Assembly (NCBI RefSeq): GCF_006345805.1
Contig: NC_042997.1
Span: forward strand, 27,032,001 to 27,096,000
Direction: 5' to 3'
Length of the DNA stretch: 64,000 nt
DNA from: Octopus sinensis
Taxonomy: Eukaryota
Shown piece after piece: positions 1-12,200 of this stretch. Position numbers and translations under genes: made by a program. How positions within the stretch are numbered: position 1 is the stretch's first letter; every line of letters begins with the position of its first letter. The notes beneath the pieces are model-generated. The model saw only the letters and a list, made by a program, of their open reading frames with translations, did not search any database and was not told the origin of the DNA.

Positions 1-1061
1 TATATAATATATATATATACATATATATACATAGAAAGAGAGAGTGGCGTTGAACAGATTATACATAGATATACATGGAGAAATACATATAGACATAGAG
101 AGATATGCATAGATACATAGGTAGATAAATAAAACATAAAAGAAGGTTAAACTAAAGGAGAGAAAGAGAGAGACTATGTGTGGGTGGGGGATGGTGATGA
201 ATGACTGATTTTAGCCACTCACGTTGATTTTTAGTTTGGAAATAGTATATCATCCAGTAACACAGTAACTCATTACTAGGACATATTCTCAAAGTTTATG
301 ACCTATGCAGTTTATTATGAGCAAAATACGGTATCACTTTACGATTAATAAACACTTAACTGGAGACAGTGAAACAGAAGCAATAATATATACCATTAAC
401 GTGAAAATAACTAAATGGGCCAACATAAATATTTATATGATATTATAAAATAGTGAAAACACCATACTGATTTAACCTGGGTAACAATCGAGCTAATTTA
501 TTCAGTGTAAACAGCAGTTTAATTTATCTAGAGAAAACAATTCAGGCAATCATTTGAATAAAGATCAGTAGTTCTGACGTAAAGTAAAACAAAATTATTT
601 TTCAAAAGGTTTGTAGTTTCTCAGGTTTGGAAATGAATTATATGTCATGGGAAAATGCAATCTTTTTGTAATTAATAGATGCAGTAAATAGCTAGAAAAA
701 AGTACATTAGAGTGGTTCGTTCACAGTCACAGTGTACGTTTAAAAACACTTTTGTATTATTAATTTTGTCGTCGGTTTTGATCGTGTGATTGTATCACAT
801 ATTTGGACGTAGGTGAACAAGTCATTACAAGTGAGAATTAACAGCTATTTCTCCCAGAGACTCTAATATGTGCAATACATGAGATGAAATAGATGAAATG
901 AAGTTTGAAATAACAGGCTACAGATTTGCAGGAATCTAACTTACCTACAACAGAGAAACGGCTTAAATGTTAAGGTTTCGAATCGCATTCAACACATATT
1001 TTTCTTACCCACACTAGAAGGCTCATTATAAAATTTTCTTTCCTACTCTTTTATGGGAGGG

Positions 1062-1470
1062 GGGCCAGTCCATTAAATCAACCACAGTACACAATTGGTA
1101 GTTAATTTATCGGCTTCTAAAGGGTGAAAGGCAAAGTCGACCTCGGTGGAATTTGAACTCAGAATGTAAAGACAGACGAAATACCTATTTCTTTACTACC
1201 CACAAGGGGCTAAGCATAGAGAGGACAAACAAGGACAGACAAACGGATTAAGTCGATTAGATCGACCCCAGTGAGTAACTGGTACTTAATTTATCGACCC
1301 CGAAAGGGTAAAAGGCAAAGTCGACCTCGGCGGAATTTGAACTCAGAACGTAGCGGCAAGCGAAATACCTATTTCTTTACTACCCACAAGGGGCTAAACA
1401 CAGAGAGGACAAAAAAGAACAGACAAATGGATTAATTCGATTATATCGACCCCAGTGCATAACTGGTACT
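1062..1470 (-). mobile_element. Tandem partial copies of tRNA-derived SINE family M (head GGCGGCGAGCTGGCAGAA)
   Basis: Three consecutive pieces of the recurring GAGTTCAAATTCCGCCGAGGTCGACTTTGCCTTTCATCC...CCCCTTGTGGGTAGTAAAGAAATA unit, joined at GAAATACC|TATTTC (~1185, ~1369). Confidence 0.8.
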
Positions 1471-1499
1471 TATTTAAATAAGGCCGACAGCTTTAAATA

Positions 1500-1840
1500 A
1501 GGCCGACAGCTGGCAGAAACGTTAGAACGCTGGGCGAAATGCTTAGCAGTACTTCGTCTGCCGCTACGTTCTGAGTTCAAATTCCGCCGAGGTCGACTTT
1601 GCCTTTCATCCTTTCGGGGTTGATTAAATAAGTACCAGTAACGCACTGGGGTCGATAATCGACTTAATCTGATTGTCTGTCCTTGTTTGTCCTCTCTATG
1701 TTTCGCCCCTTGTGGGTAGTAAAGAAATAGGATGAAAGGCAAAGTCGACCTCGGTGGAATTTGAACTCAGAACGTTGCGGCAGACGAAATACCGCCAAGC
1801 ATCTCGCCCGGCGAGCTAACAATTCTGCCAGCTCGCCACC
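1500..1840. mobile_element. SINE family M: full + copy (1500-1731) followed by a - strand 5' fragment (1732-1840)
   Basis: Head, B-box-like GAGTTCAAATTCC, body and tail on +; inverted head ends at gctcgccacc 1840; a 19-bp direct duplication (tttaaataaggccgacagc) precedes it. Confidence 0.8.
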
Positions 1841-2083
1841 TTAGGCTCATTATAAAATTGAAAGAGAAATCTACGGAAATTAATTAAGAATGTTCAGTTG
1901 ATGTGATGCTTTTCTAGTAGTTAATCAAAGGCCACATTGTCTGAAATCAAATCTAGCGGGAGCTGATTTACTCCCGAACAGCAATAGTATGTTAAGATAC
2001 AGAAAAATCAATAATGTAGTCCGTCCCCTTGCATATAAAGAAGACATGTTTTCTAAGATTTCTTTATTAATATTATTATTTTT

Positions 2084-2146
<63 letters not shown>

Positions 2147-2190
2147 GTCGTCGTCGTCGTCGTCGTCATCATCATCATCATCATCATCAT
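2084..2190. repeat. (TCA)n/(TCG)n microsatellite, the 3' tail of the adjacent R4-like fragment
   Basis: Trinucleotide run directly abutting the R4-like 3' UTR on the - strand. Confidence 0.9.
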
Positions 2191-2445
2191 TCTGTAGTTT
2201 TATTATCACTTATTTTCATGAACTACCGAGCGCAGCTCTGTTTGCCTAGTATATGTGCGCGGCTTAGCAGATATATTTTCTGTATGCTATATACACTTGT
2301 AAGTCCTGATGTTTTGGTTATGTATTTGTCTGAATGTTTTCTATCATACCTAATGCGCCTACTATGATAGGAATTGTTTTTGACTTTAGGCTCCATATTC
2401 TAGTTGCCTCGATCTCCAAATCTTATTTAAGTCTATTTTCAGATC
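2190..2445 (-). mobile_element. 5'-truncated, internally deleted 3' end of R4/Dong-like family A
   Basis: Reverse complement matches the end of the element at 53880-54180 (EIEATRIWSLKSKTIPIIVGALGMI; 3' UTR gagctgcgctcggtagt). Confidence 0.8.
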
Positions 2446-2524
2446 GTTTATATTATTATTATTATTATTGTTGTTGTTGTTTATTTTGTTGTTGTTGTTG
2501 TTGTTGTTGTTGCTGCTGCTGCTT

Positions 2525-4150
2525 GATATGTACTAAGTGTCAGCTGTTCACTACCAATGAACTAAGGTAACAACACTTATTTTTAGAGCACTTTCCGGAG
2601 TATTCGAGCGGTTCCAAGCAGTGCTGCTTTCTGCAAGTGCTCCACCCCTTATTGCAGCCCTTTTTTGTTCCACATACTTCTCGAGGTTTTTGCTCACTTT
2701 TCCCAGGGCTCCGATATTTATTGGTACTACTGCTACCTTTTTCATCGATGGCAACTGCTTAACTTTCCAAGCTAACCTATCCTATCTCTCGACTTTTCTT
2801 TCTTCCTCATCGTATTTTTGTCAACTGGGCATGCTACGGCTATGATCCAGCATAGTTTGTTTCTTTCTCAATTAAGACTATGTCTAACTTCCTATTCTCA
2901 AGTTCATGGTCACAGAATCATAAAATTCCATAGAATCTTTGCATTTCTATTTTCGACAGTGCCTTTAGGTTTGTGGTCGAACCAACTTTTCGCTCTGTCA
3001 AGTCCATACTTGTTGCAAAGTGTCCAATGCACAATCCTGGCTATATTGTCGTGGCGTCTCTTAATTTCCTTCTGGGATAGTGGCGTACATTCGCTGGTAA
3101 TATCCCATACGATTTCACTATTTTTTCCACAGATTCTGCACTTATGCCTTTCTGATGTGTTGTCTATTCTGTATTTTATGTAGTTTGTTTTTAGTGCTTG
3201 CTCTTGGGCAGCACAGATTCGAGCTTCTGTTTCCGGTTTTAAATCACTTTTAGTCATCTACAACCTACTGTTTTCTCTGTCTGTCTTATCATCAACATCC
3301 CTATGAAATTGACCAGGCATTCTTTTCTTTATCTACCTATTTTCAGTTTCATTCGTTTTCATTTTCATGTATAGTGCTTTATCTTTGCAAGCCTGACTTC
3401 TTACTTCTAACGATAGCGGTTCTGTGACATTTTTTACATACCATGCTATGTTGTTTTCTTCTCCTCTAATGCTGTGTTTGCATCCAATAAGTTCTCTTCC
3501 CCCTCTTTTTCTTGGTACATACAGTCTGTCTGTGTCACTTTTTGCGTGGAGTGACCCATATCTAGTTGGCAACTTCCTTGCCTTTCTATGTAAGCTGTTT
3601 AGTTCGTCTACTGTCCATGCGAGTATCCCTGCTCCATATCTAAGGTGTAAAACCGCCCAGGTGTTGATAGATTCGATCTTATTCCGTCCGTTTAATTTCG
3701 ACTTAACTATCATTCTCAGTCTGCGTAAGTACTCCGCCTTAAATTTTTCTGTCATTTCTTTTTCCATCAAGTTATCCATTTCTAATATCTCCAATTATTT
3801 ATACCCGTCTATTCTATCTGGTTCATAACATCCCCCGACGGTATCGCTAGTCCGTCCATACATTTGATTTTGCCTCTCTTCAAGACAAACACACCACACT
3901 TTCTCAGTCCGAACTCCATTCTGAGAACAGCACTGAAGGTATACACTGTATCAATGAGGGAACTAACTTGGGCTTCATCTTTACCATAAAGTTCGAGGTC
4001 ATCCATGAATAACAAATGGTAGACTTTTTGTTGGCGGTTTTTGAAAACATACCCAGCTTTTGCTTTCCCCAGAATCAGTGTCAGTGATATCAAGTAGAGT
4101 ACAAAGATCAGTGGATACAAGCAGTCCCCTTAGAAGATGCCTCTCCTAAT
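2525..4150 (-). mobile_element. Decayed R4-clade RLE non-LTR retrotransposon (family B), RT C-terminus to 3' end
   Basis: ORF pieces HLLFMDDLELY (RT), KSKLNGRNKIESINTWAV, CRICGKNSEIVWDITSEC (CCHC-like), RRHDNIARIVHW and VVPINIGALG (RLE); flanked 3' by (TAT/TGT)n. Confidence 0.9.
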
Positions 4151-4750
4151 TTCGTCCGGCGTACTAACGATTGTGCCAGCTCGCTGCCCTATAAATTCTT
4201 ATTAATATGATAACGTTTCCAAAGATGGCACACAAGCAGAATCATAAGATTATCGGAAAATACTTTCCAGTGTTTCTTTTGGTTCTAAGTTCAAATCCTA
4301 TTCAGGATTTTTTCCATACCTCGGGATATGACAAAATAAAATACCACAGTCCATTTCGAAAATTGCTGTCCTTGAACAATATCTTTATCTTTTCATTTAT
4401 TATAGGCAAAGTTTGCTGCACCAGCATGTATACCTACGTTAGGTATAGTTTCCCCCGGGCGTAAATGATCAGTGTTTTAATTCATTTATTTATTTATTTA
4501 TTTAGAAGGTGCCTTTTGTAAGTCGCAGTATTAGAGTGTGTGATGATGACATATAATATATGTTGCGAGAGATGTAATAAAACAAGGGAGGTGGGTAGTT
4601 GTGTGGAACAGGTGCTACATGATGTAACTGTACACTGATGCGCTGTATGTGGTGTGGTGCGGTGTGATTTAGTGTGATGACTTGCACACTACGTGGATGA
4701 TCTTAGCATGGTTAATTTTGAACTGGGTGCTAATTTGTAAAATGTTACCC

Positions 4751-5142
4751 TTTAACTTGTTTCAGTCATTTGACTGTGACAATACTGGATCACCACCTTT
4801 AATAGAGCAAATCGACCCTAGAACTTATTCTTTGTAAGCTTAGTACTTATTCTATCGGTCTCTTTTGCCGAACCGCTATGTTACGGGGACATAAACACAC
4901 CAGCATCAGTTTTCAAGCGATGTTTGGGAGACGAACACAGACACAAACATATACACATACACATACATATATATACATAAATACGACGGGCTTCTTTCAG
5001 TTTCCGTCTACCAAATCCACTCACAAGGCTTTGATCGGCCCGAGCCTATAGTAGAAGACACTTGCCCAAGGTACCACGCAGTGGGACTGAACCCGGAACC
5101 ATGTGGTTGGTAAGCAAACTACTTACAACACAGCCACTCCTA
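4751..5142 (-). mobile_element. tRNA-derived SINE family K (CORE-like CCTTGGGCAAGTG, internal TA/TG microsatellite)
   Basis: Same unit recurs at 15531, 20335, 21005, 23281, 32110 and 37690; B-box-like GGTTCAGTCCC. Confidence 0.8.
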
Positions 5143-5414
5143 CATCTATAGTTCAGAGTTTTTTTAATCTATATGCAGCTTCATCTTTTCCACTGTAACG
5201 ATTATAAACGATATTATTTTACTCTCTGAGCGATTGATAAGATTAAAGGAAAAAGTAAGTCAATGGAGAAAAGAGTTGCAATCCAGCTGGAACGTGTGTC
5301 TTACGTTACTGCATGACCGAAATACGAAAATCTTCATATTACTCAGCAAACGATCTACCTTCACAAAATAATATGTTCAAAAAGAGCAATCAATATCGTT
5401 TTACTGAGTAAAAT

Positions 5415-5630
5415 GGCGAGCAGGCAGAATTGCTAGTACGTCGGCCAAAATGCTTAGCATTATTTCATCGTCCGTGTTTTCGCTCAGAATTCGAATTTCA
5501 CTTAGGTCGACCTTGCTTTCTCTCCTTGCACGGTCAATAAAATAAGTACCATTTGAGCACTGGTTTGATGTATTCTAATTGACACCCCGCTCGAAATTAC
5601 TGGCCTTCTCCCAAAATTTGAAGTCAATAT
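5415..5630 (+). mobile_element. Diverged SINE family M copy with alternative tail
   Basis: ggcgagcaggcagaattg head ... ggtcgaccttgctttc ... aataagtacca. Confidence 0.6.
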
Positions 5631-6272
5631 CATTTTACTCACTAAAGATTGATCACTCCAAATCCCTACATCTCAAATGTGGTTCAATCACGAATGATCT
5701 TATCATTTTCAGTCCATCTCTGCACCGAGGATACCACCGCTATTTCCTCTACACTGACAGAATTACCGAAAATCTATTTTACTGCGATCTGCAGCTGAAG
5801 ACTGATAAATGCAAATATTTTGACTGCGGTCATTCCTCTAAATTATCAGATACATTCCTCAACTATGATATCCCGGCGCTTATTCTATGCTGCACCCGAA
5901 GACCTTTAATGTCGTATCTGCCTATCGTAATATGTATAAATACAGTGTACATTTAAACACATAGAGGTAGCCATCATAGGACTATCTACATGCTAGAGAG
6001 AACAGTTAAATTCCGAACCACTATTAGAGATAAAAATATAAACATTTACCATCCAACTCCTGGACTTTTTTAACGAATAAAATGATTTGCTAGGCGAAGC
6101 CTTCTTCAGCAGGCACACCTTAGATTAAATATATATACACGAGGCAATCCAGTACATGTCCCGTGCTTATACGTTCTAATTTTTCAAATGTACCGCACTA
6201 GCGCAGCTCCCTGTCGGCAGTAAATAACTATGACGGTTTTTTCATTTCGAAAATTATCTAAAAAAATTATCA

Positions 6273-6671
6273 ATAATTAATATTATCAAAGGGTAATCGG
6301 AAATATTAGAAATGTCCATTACCAGTGGCCCAGCGTGTAAACATTTAGTTAATAGACTATATGTTATATAAATACAGTGTACATTTAAACACATAAGAGG
6401 TAGCCACCATAGAACTACCTACACGCTAGAGAGAAAAGTTAAATTCCGAATCACTATTAGAGATAAAAATCGAATGAAATGAAAAATAAACACATTTACC
6501 ATCTACCTCTTTAGCGTGTAGGTAGTCCTATGATGGCTACCTCTTATGTGTTTAAGTTTACACTGCATTTGTATGAATAATATATAGTCTATTGACTAAA
6601 TGTTTACACGCTAGGCCACTGGTAATGGAAAATTCTAATATTTCCAATTACCCTTTGATAATATTAATTAT
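6273..6671. repeat. Foldback/MITE-like inverted repeat (~160-bp arms, ~73-bp spacer)
   Basis: 6273-6433 is the near reverse complement of 6507-6671; a partial direct copy lies at ~5935-6062. Confidence 0.8.
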
Positions 6672-8149
6672 CTTAATAGGTATCAAAGAAAACACAAAGC
6701 GTAGATCGCTTTTTGTCGCTTTCGGTGAGTATTCCCGTTGTTCAATCAACTGGAATATTTCCTACCTATTGTGTAAAAGTGGGAATGACTGAGTGTTCTA
6801 CGAACATGTGTACTCTTCACGTGATCCTTTGGCAGAATCAGCATGACATGCAGTGACAAGATTGGCTATTTAACTTATAGCCACAGCTCCTATAATGGTC
6901 TCTACCCAAATTTTATTACAAAGTATTGGGAAATTTCATATCATGATAGAAGCCACTGACCAAAATAGCAGGTCTCGGGACATCAGATTGTAACACGAAT
7001 ATATCTATATGTTGACACCGGCAATATATATGTATCTGATAGGTATTTTAAACAGCCACTCTGAACTATGTCATAGCGTCACGGATAAACCTCAGAGTAA
7101 GATTATATGGACCATGCAGTCTCTAATCTGCAATTATGTCTTATTATGTCCATCGAAAGATATTACAACGAAGATCGAACCACTCCCTATTCTTCTGAAA
7201 CTTGCACATTTATTACTGAAACCTGCAAGTACATGCCCACACCCACTCGCACACGCATACATACATACACACACACATAGAAATATACATACACATACGC
7301 ACACACACACACACATCTACGTAGCCATTACTGTTCCCCACCCCTTAAGTTTCTGCGCTAAAGGAGAGAAGATGCTCAAATAAAAGAACCGATAAACTTC
7401 GGATATTACGAATTTAATGAAAGTGCGTCGCGCTATGATTTCAAATTCTTTAGAGATTAGTGTTATGTTTGACCACTTTCGGACCCACTACATTAAATAT
7501 CAACTAAATGATGAGCATGGAGTAATGATCTTTACCGCCCTTCTAATATTGTGTATCCTAGTGTCTACGTTAGATATCTTAGAAATGTTATATCGGGGCA
7601 GTAAGTTGATTAAAACTGCAATAGCGCCGTATTAAATGCTTTCCACGATTAACATTCAACCTTCTATGTCATGTTTTTAGACCCAACCAATGTGGATATA
7701 ATAGATACTAAGCGTGTGGCAAGTATATTTAAGTTAAGAGCGCTCTTTCACTTTTGACATTAAACTACTATATTTCTGCTAGTAATAATCACGCTTCAGT
7801 TAACCCACATTGGCTTCGGCAACTCCAATATAAGAAATCATTATCGTAGCTCTTTATGTGTCTAAAATAAATAATAATTTATGTTCACTGAAGCTGTAAA
7901 ATACTAGACTTTTGTTACGGTAGTTAATAGTGTTTGAAGATTACTGGATGTCAGGAATATGAGAATCATCGCTATAAATATTGGAAAACTCATGAAAAGG
8001 CGACCGAGATAAGTTGTTTCTTCAACTTATGTAATACCGCATTGCAAGGAGCATATTTCTTATCAGTATTTGAGTACAAAGGCTATTGTAGTGAAAGGTT
8101 TGCATCGACACGTATGAACACACGACACTGGATCTTTATAATTTGAACA

Positions 8150-8298
8150 GTGTCTGTTGACGTAAGGACATTATAGTATAAAAATAAATTTCACTGCGTA
8201 ATCAATGCTTTAGTCGTTAATATTGTGTCTGTTGACGTAAGGACGTTATAGTCTGAATATAAATTTCACTGCGTAATCAATGTATTGGTGGTTAATAT
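8150..8298. repeat. Two-copy 75-bp tandem duplication
   Basis: gtgtctgttgacgtaaggac...aaatttcactgcgtaatcaatg starts at 8150 and 8225. Confidence 0.85.
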
Positions 8299-8848
8299 GG
8301 TGAAGAAAAAAAGTTAGCTGCGTGGTTTTATATGAAAGTCTACCTTAGGCGTATTCAATATTGATTTAATCATTGACACTAACAAATGTCTGGAATTTTA
8401 GTTCGCTTACTTGTTTAAAAGAGTCCACTTAATGTTTGTATCCACCAACGTCTTATCATCATTTGATCCAGGAAAAGAATTTTTTTTTTAAATAGTTCAG
8501 TCCACTTTTATGTACATAGATAAGAGTAATTTGAGAATTCAGGTCCACCAATATTCGTAAAAAGAACAAGAGGATACATGATATAAGAGATGATATATGA
8601 CATATAAGTCATGAATAAACTTCAACATTCAGAAAAGTTTCTGTGCCATGAAAATTTTTCAGTCTGAAGTTATAAGTAGGTCTATCAAAAGACTTTCTGA
8701 GAAAAAAAAGTCTTTCGATAGACTTTGATGCCATGAAAAAAATTTCACAACCTCAAGAGGAGAAAAGTCTAGCAGTCGATGGAAAATGAGGTGAATCTGA
8801 TCAGTGCATTGTATACACGAGTACATGCCAAAGTATTGCATTAATACC

Positions 8849-9080
8849 TATTTCTTTATTACCCACAAGGGGCTAAACACAGAGGGGACAAACAAGGACA
8901 GACATAGGTATTAAGTCGATTACATCGACCCCAGTGCTTAACTGGTACTTAATTTATCGACCCCGAAAGGATGAAAGGCAAAGTCGACCTCGGCGGAATT
9001 TGAACTCACAACGTAACGCAGACGAAATACCGCTAAGCATTTCGCCCGGCGTGCTAACGTTTCTGCCAGCTCGCCGCCTT
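8849..9080 (-). mobile_element. Full SINE family M copy with 13-bp TSD
   Basis: TTGCATTAATACC at 8836-8848 and 9088-9100. Confidence 0.85.
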
Positions 9081-9859
9081 TAAATACTTGCATTAATACC
9101 AGTTAATGAAATATAACTGATATTTCTAAAATCACAGATGATAGTGGAGGAAAAACTGTGTATTAAAGATTTCATTTCTTACTTAAAGTAATATATGAAA
9201 TTGCCTTAGAAATTACGTTAAAGTAAGATTATCTGCTTCATTATTACGTTCGTAAAGAACAAGCAAACATATTTGGTAAGTATTGAATAAAGCTTAGTCA
9301 ATAGTTTTAGGGTTTTATGCTAAAGAAATCAGCTGTTAGTCATATCTATACAAAAGTTTACAGTTTGTGGCTGCATGCAAAACAACACGGTGATGTCCGA
9401 AAGTGATGGCAATAAAGAAAGAATGGATCATCACTCATATGTTACCTTCAGGATCGAAGAGCGCTCTCAATAACATATGTTTCACAATGAAGCCCGAAGA
9501 ACCAGGTAGTGGTAGAGTAGCAGTGCAATAGATTAGAACTACTACGCAAAAATATGTAGTTCAACGAACGGAATATCGTCCAATGTTTTTGTACAAGAAA
9601 GTAGTAAGTCTGAATTAGCGATAGTAGAGATTTACCAAAGATACCACTCGTGTTTATTTTACCCTATCGACCTGGGCAAATAATGTTTTGTACTTAACAA
9701 AAGAAATAATATTTGTATAAATTTCTTCAAATATTTTGCATCTCATGTCTTATAGTACCTGGTGTCGCTACTGCACATACTTCGGCCATTAGTGTTATTA
9801 CTCTCACCTACACACTTAAACTGTAATCAAACAAATGATGATTGATTTCGAATGCCAGG

Positions 9860-10030
9860 AATTTCGGGGTGAAGGACTTAGTCGATTACATCGACCCTAG
9901 TATTCAACGGTACTTATTTGATAAATCCTGAAAGGATGAAAGGCAAGGTCGACCTCAGTATAATTTGAACGTAGATCGTAAAGACAGACGAAATGCTGCT
10001 AAGCATTTTTCTAGCGATTCTCGGCGCCTT
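9860..10030 (-). mobile_element. Diverged SINE family M copy
   Basis: gtcgattacatcgaccc...gaaaggcaaggtcgacctc...ctaagcatt. Confidence 0.65.
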
Positions 10031-11719
10031 TGAAAGGCAAGGAATACTAAAACTTTTAATGTTGTACGTAATATATTTATTATCTGATTGTGATAAAGGA
10101 TAAATAATTAAACTGCTGAAATAAAACCTGATAATGTTAAGTGGAAGAAATAAATTATGTGAGCAGTTTAGTTATACTTGCCAATAATTTGTCTTCACTA
10201 CAGAGACAACATTAGTCAGTAGTAAACTGATTAATATAAATGGAAGTCATAGATTAATAGAGCCTGTGTTCGATAAATTATAAATGACAAGAGAATCCAT
10301 TTTCTTTACTTGTTAAAATTCATTTCTATAGTTATCCGTGTTAAAAATGATTATGTCTGGATTTTATTAATCTTTCACCCATTGTCAATAGGTATTTATA
10401 AACTAACCAGAAAGTGAAATATTCTTACTTTTAACTATATTTTGTCGGGGTGTAGCAGAATCTTTATTGTGTCGAATAGATCCTTCGATATCTATTTAAA
10501 TTTCGAGTTCAAACCTCGTCAGGCTACTTTTCATTCATCACAGACTTACTCTGTAAATTGCCTTTCAAACACTGTTCTAGCGGATGCATATGGTCTAGTG
10601 TTTAGTCTGCTGTCATGTTCCTCACACTGATAGTTTAATTTCTTAACCGCTCGATGCATTATATCATATCTTTATCAAAACACTGTGTTCACTTCTTATT
10701 TCCTTTAGTGTAACTGACATGTCATACTAAAGCATCGTCCCTTTTCGATGTCTTTCGATACACATATCTTTCTCATGGTTTTCGACTGGCAAAATTTTAT
10801 ATGATGTGTAAAGAGCATCAGTCTCAGAAGCAACTCAGTGCTCATGTACGATTTGTACGCGTCTCCATCTTCCAATTTTTATTTTTTTTACCAGAAGAAA
10901 AAAGTGCCTTATTATCTATTACTAGGCACCGAGCCTCATGTTTCTTTTATGGATACCGAAAGGCTGAATGGCAAAATTAGGACTGGTAGAATTTGAAATC
11001 CGAATACAAAGAGTTTGAACAAACCTCGGTATGTGTTCTGTCATACGCTTTAACAATATCACGAATCCACTGCCTTTTAAACGAATAAAGTACTAGCTAA
11101 GAATTCTTTTCAAACAGTTACGTATTGATAAACCATCTTGTATCTGAAAGTGGAATAATTTTCAAAGGTTCCTCAACATTGCTTAGTAATGTCTATATAT
11201 TTCCAAAGCGTTTATCTCTAGAAACATTTCTAGGTTTCTTTTAACAGATATCAAAGTTACAAGGTAATACTGCAGCAACACGAAAACAGCTTATAAAGAA
11301 ACGGTGACATATCATTATATGAGAATCAATTGTGGATTATCAATCTGTTTGAAGCTCCGTTTGAAGCAATAGCAAAACAAATTCTAATATTTTTCACACG
11401 ATGCAAAACTTCATCAATAGTTTTTGTATCAGGAATTAACTACAAATATACTACCAGAAGCGCGTTTTGGGGGTTATTGTGGTATCTGTCATAAAGACAA
11501 ATATAGTTGCTTTTGACAAACAATATTAGCCGACCCGTCCAAAATCAAAGAACAATTATATTTTCATTTGTTCTATCGGATAGATGAAGCAATAAAAGTT
11601 TTCATAAGTTACATGCATGTTCATCTAAGCTGATGATTTTTTTTTTCATTAATACAGTATCTTAAATAATTAGCGCAACGAAATTTTCCTTGACCGGCTA
11701 CTGATGCTGTTAAATATTA

Positions 11720-12200
11720 TTCAAAGGTTTCTAATACCCTGAAAGAAAAATTCAGCTTTGGTATTTTTTCAAAAAATATTTGTTTCGCTGAAGAAGCATG
11801 TTTTGTTATGCGATCATATTGCTACAAGGCTTTATTACTGTCACCTAGTTTGGAAATAATGAATCCCTTAGGTAGGATTCTTTAAATATTCGATGATTCT
11901 TTATCACTTGTACTGGTTTGTAAAGGAGTATTGGGAATAATCGTGAATCATTTATTAAAACTTAGATAGTTCAATTTTCTGCCACGTGGGCTGCTGTCAA
12001 TATTTTCCAGTTCACATTATAACAATAGGACTTATCTTCAATTGTCATTTCATATGGTAGAAATAGAATCTAAATAACCTACCGTTCACAACCTACTGTC
12101 TTAAATAAAAAGAGATATAATGAACAATTTAGATCAATTTAGATCTTTTGGATAGCGTATTAGCACTTCTAGACTTTCATTAATAAAACCCTGTTGCACT
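11720..12200 (-). pseudogene. Possible highly decayed Helitron PIF1-like helicase C-terminal fragment
   Basis: By-eye translation gives LKISPIVIM, IIPNTPLQTSTSD, NKAL*Q and FSFRV, in the order of LKxGxxxMLLRN, IPRIxL, TINKAQGQ and FSRV; many stops and shifts. Confidence 0.3.

Noticed and set aside
1925-2570. Poly-D, poly-S and poly-C ORFs
   Set aside because: Translations of triplet microsatellites flanking retroelement ends.
5700-5830. VHLCTEDTT resembling an RT YADD motif
   Set aside because: A single degenerate motif with no supporting RT motifs; not enough to call.
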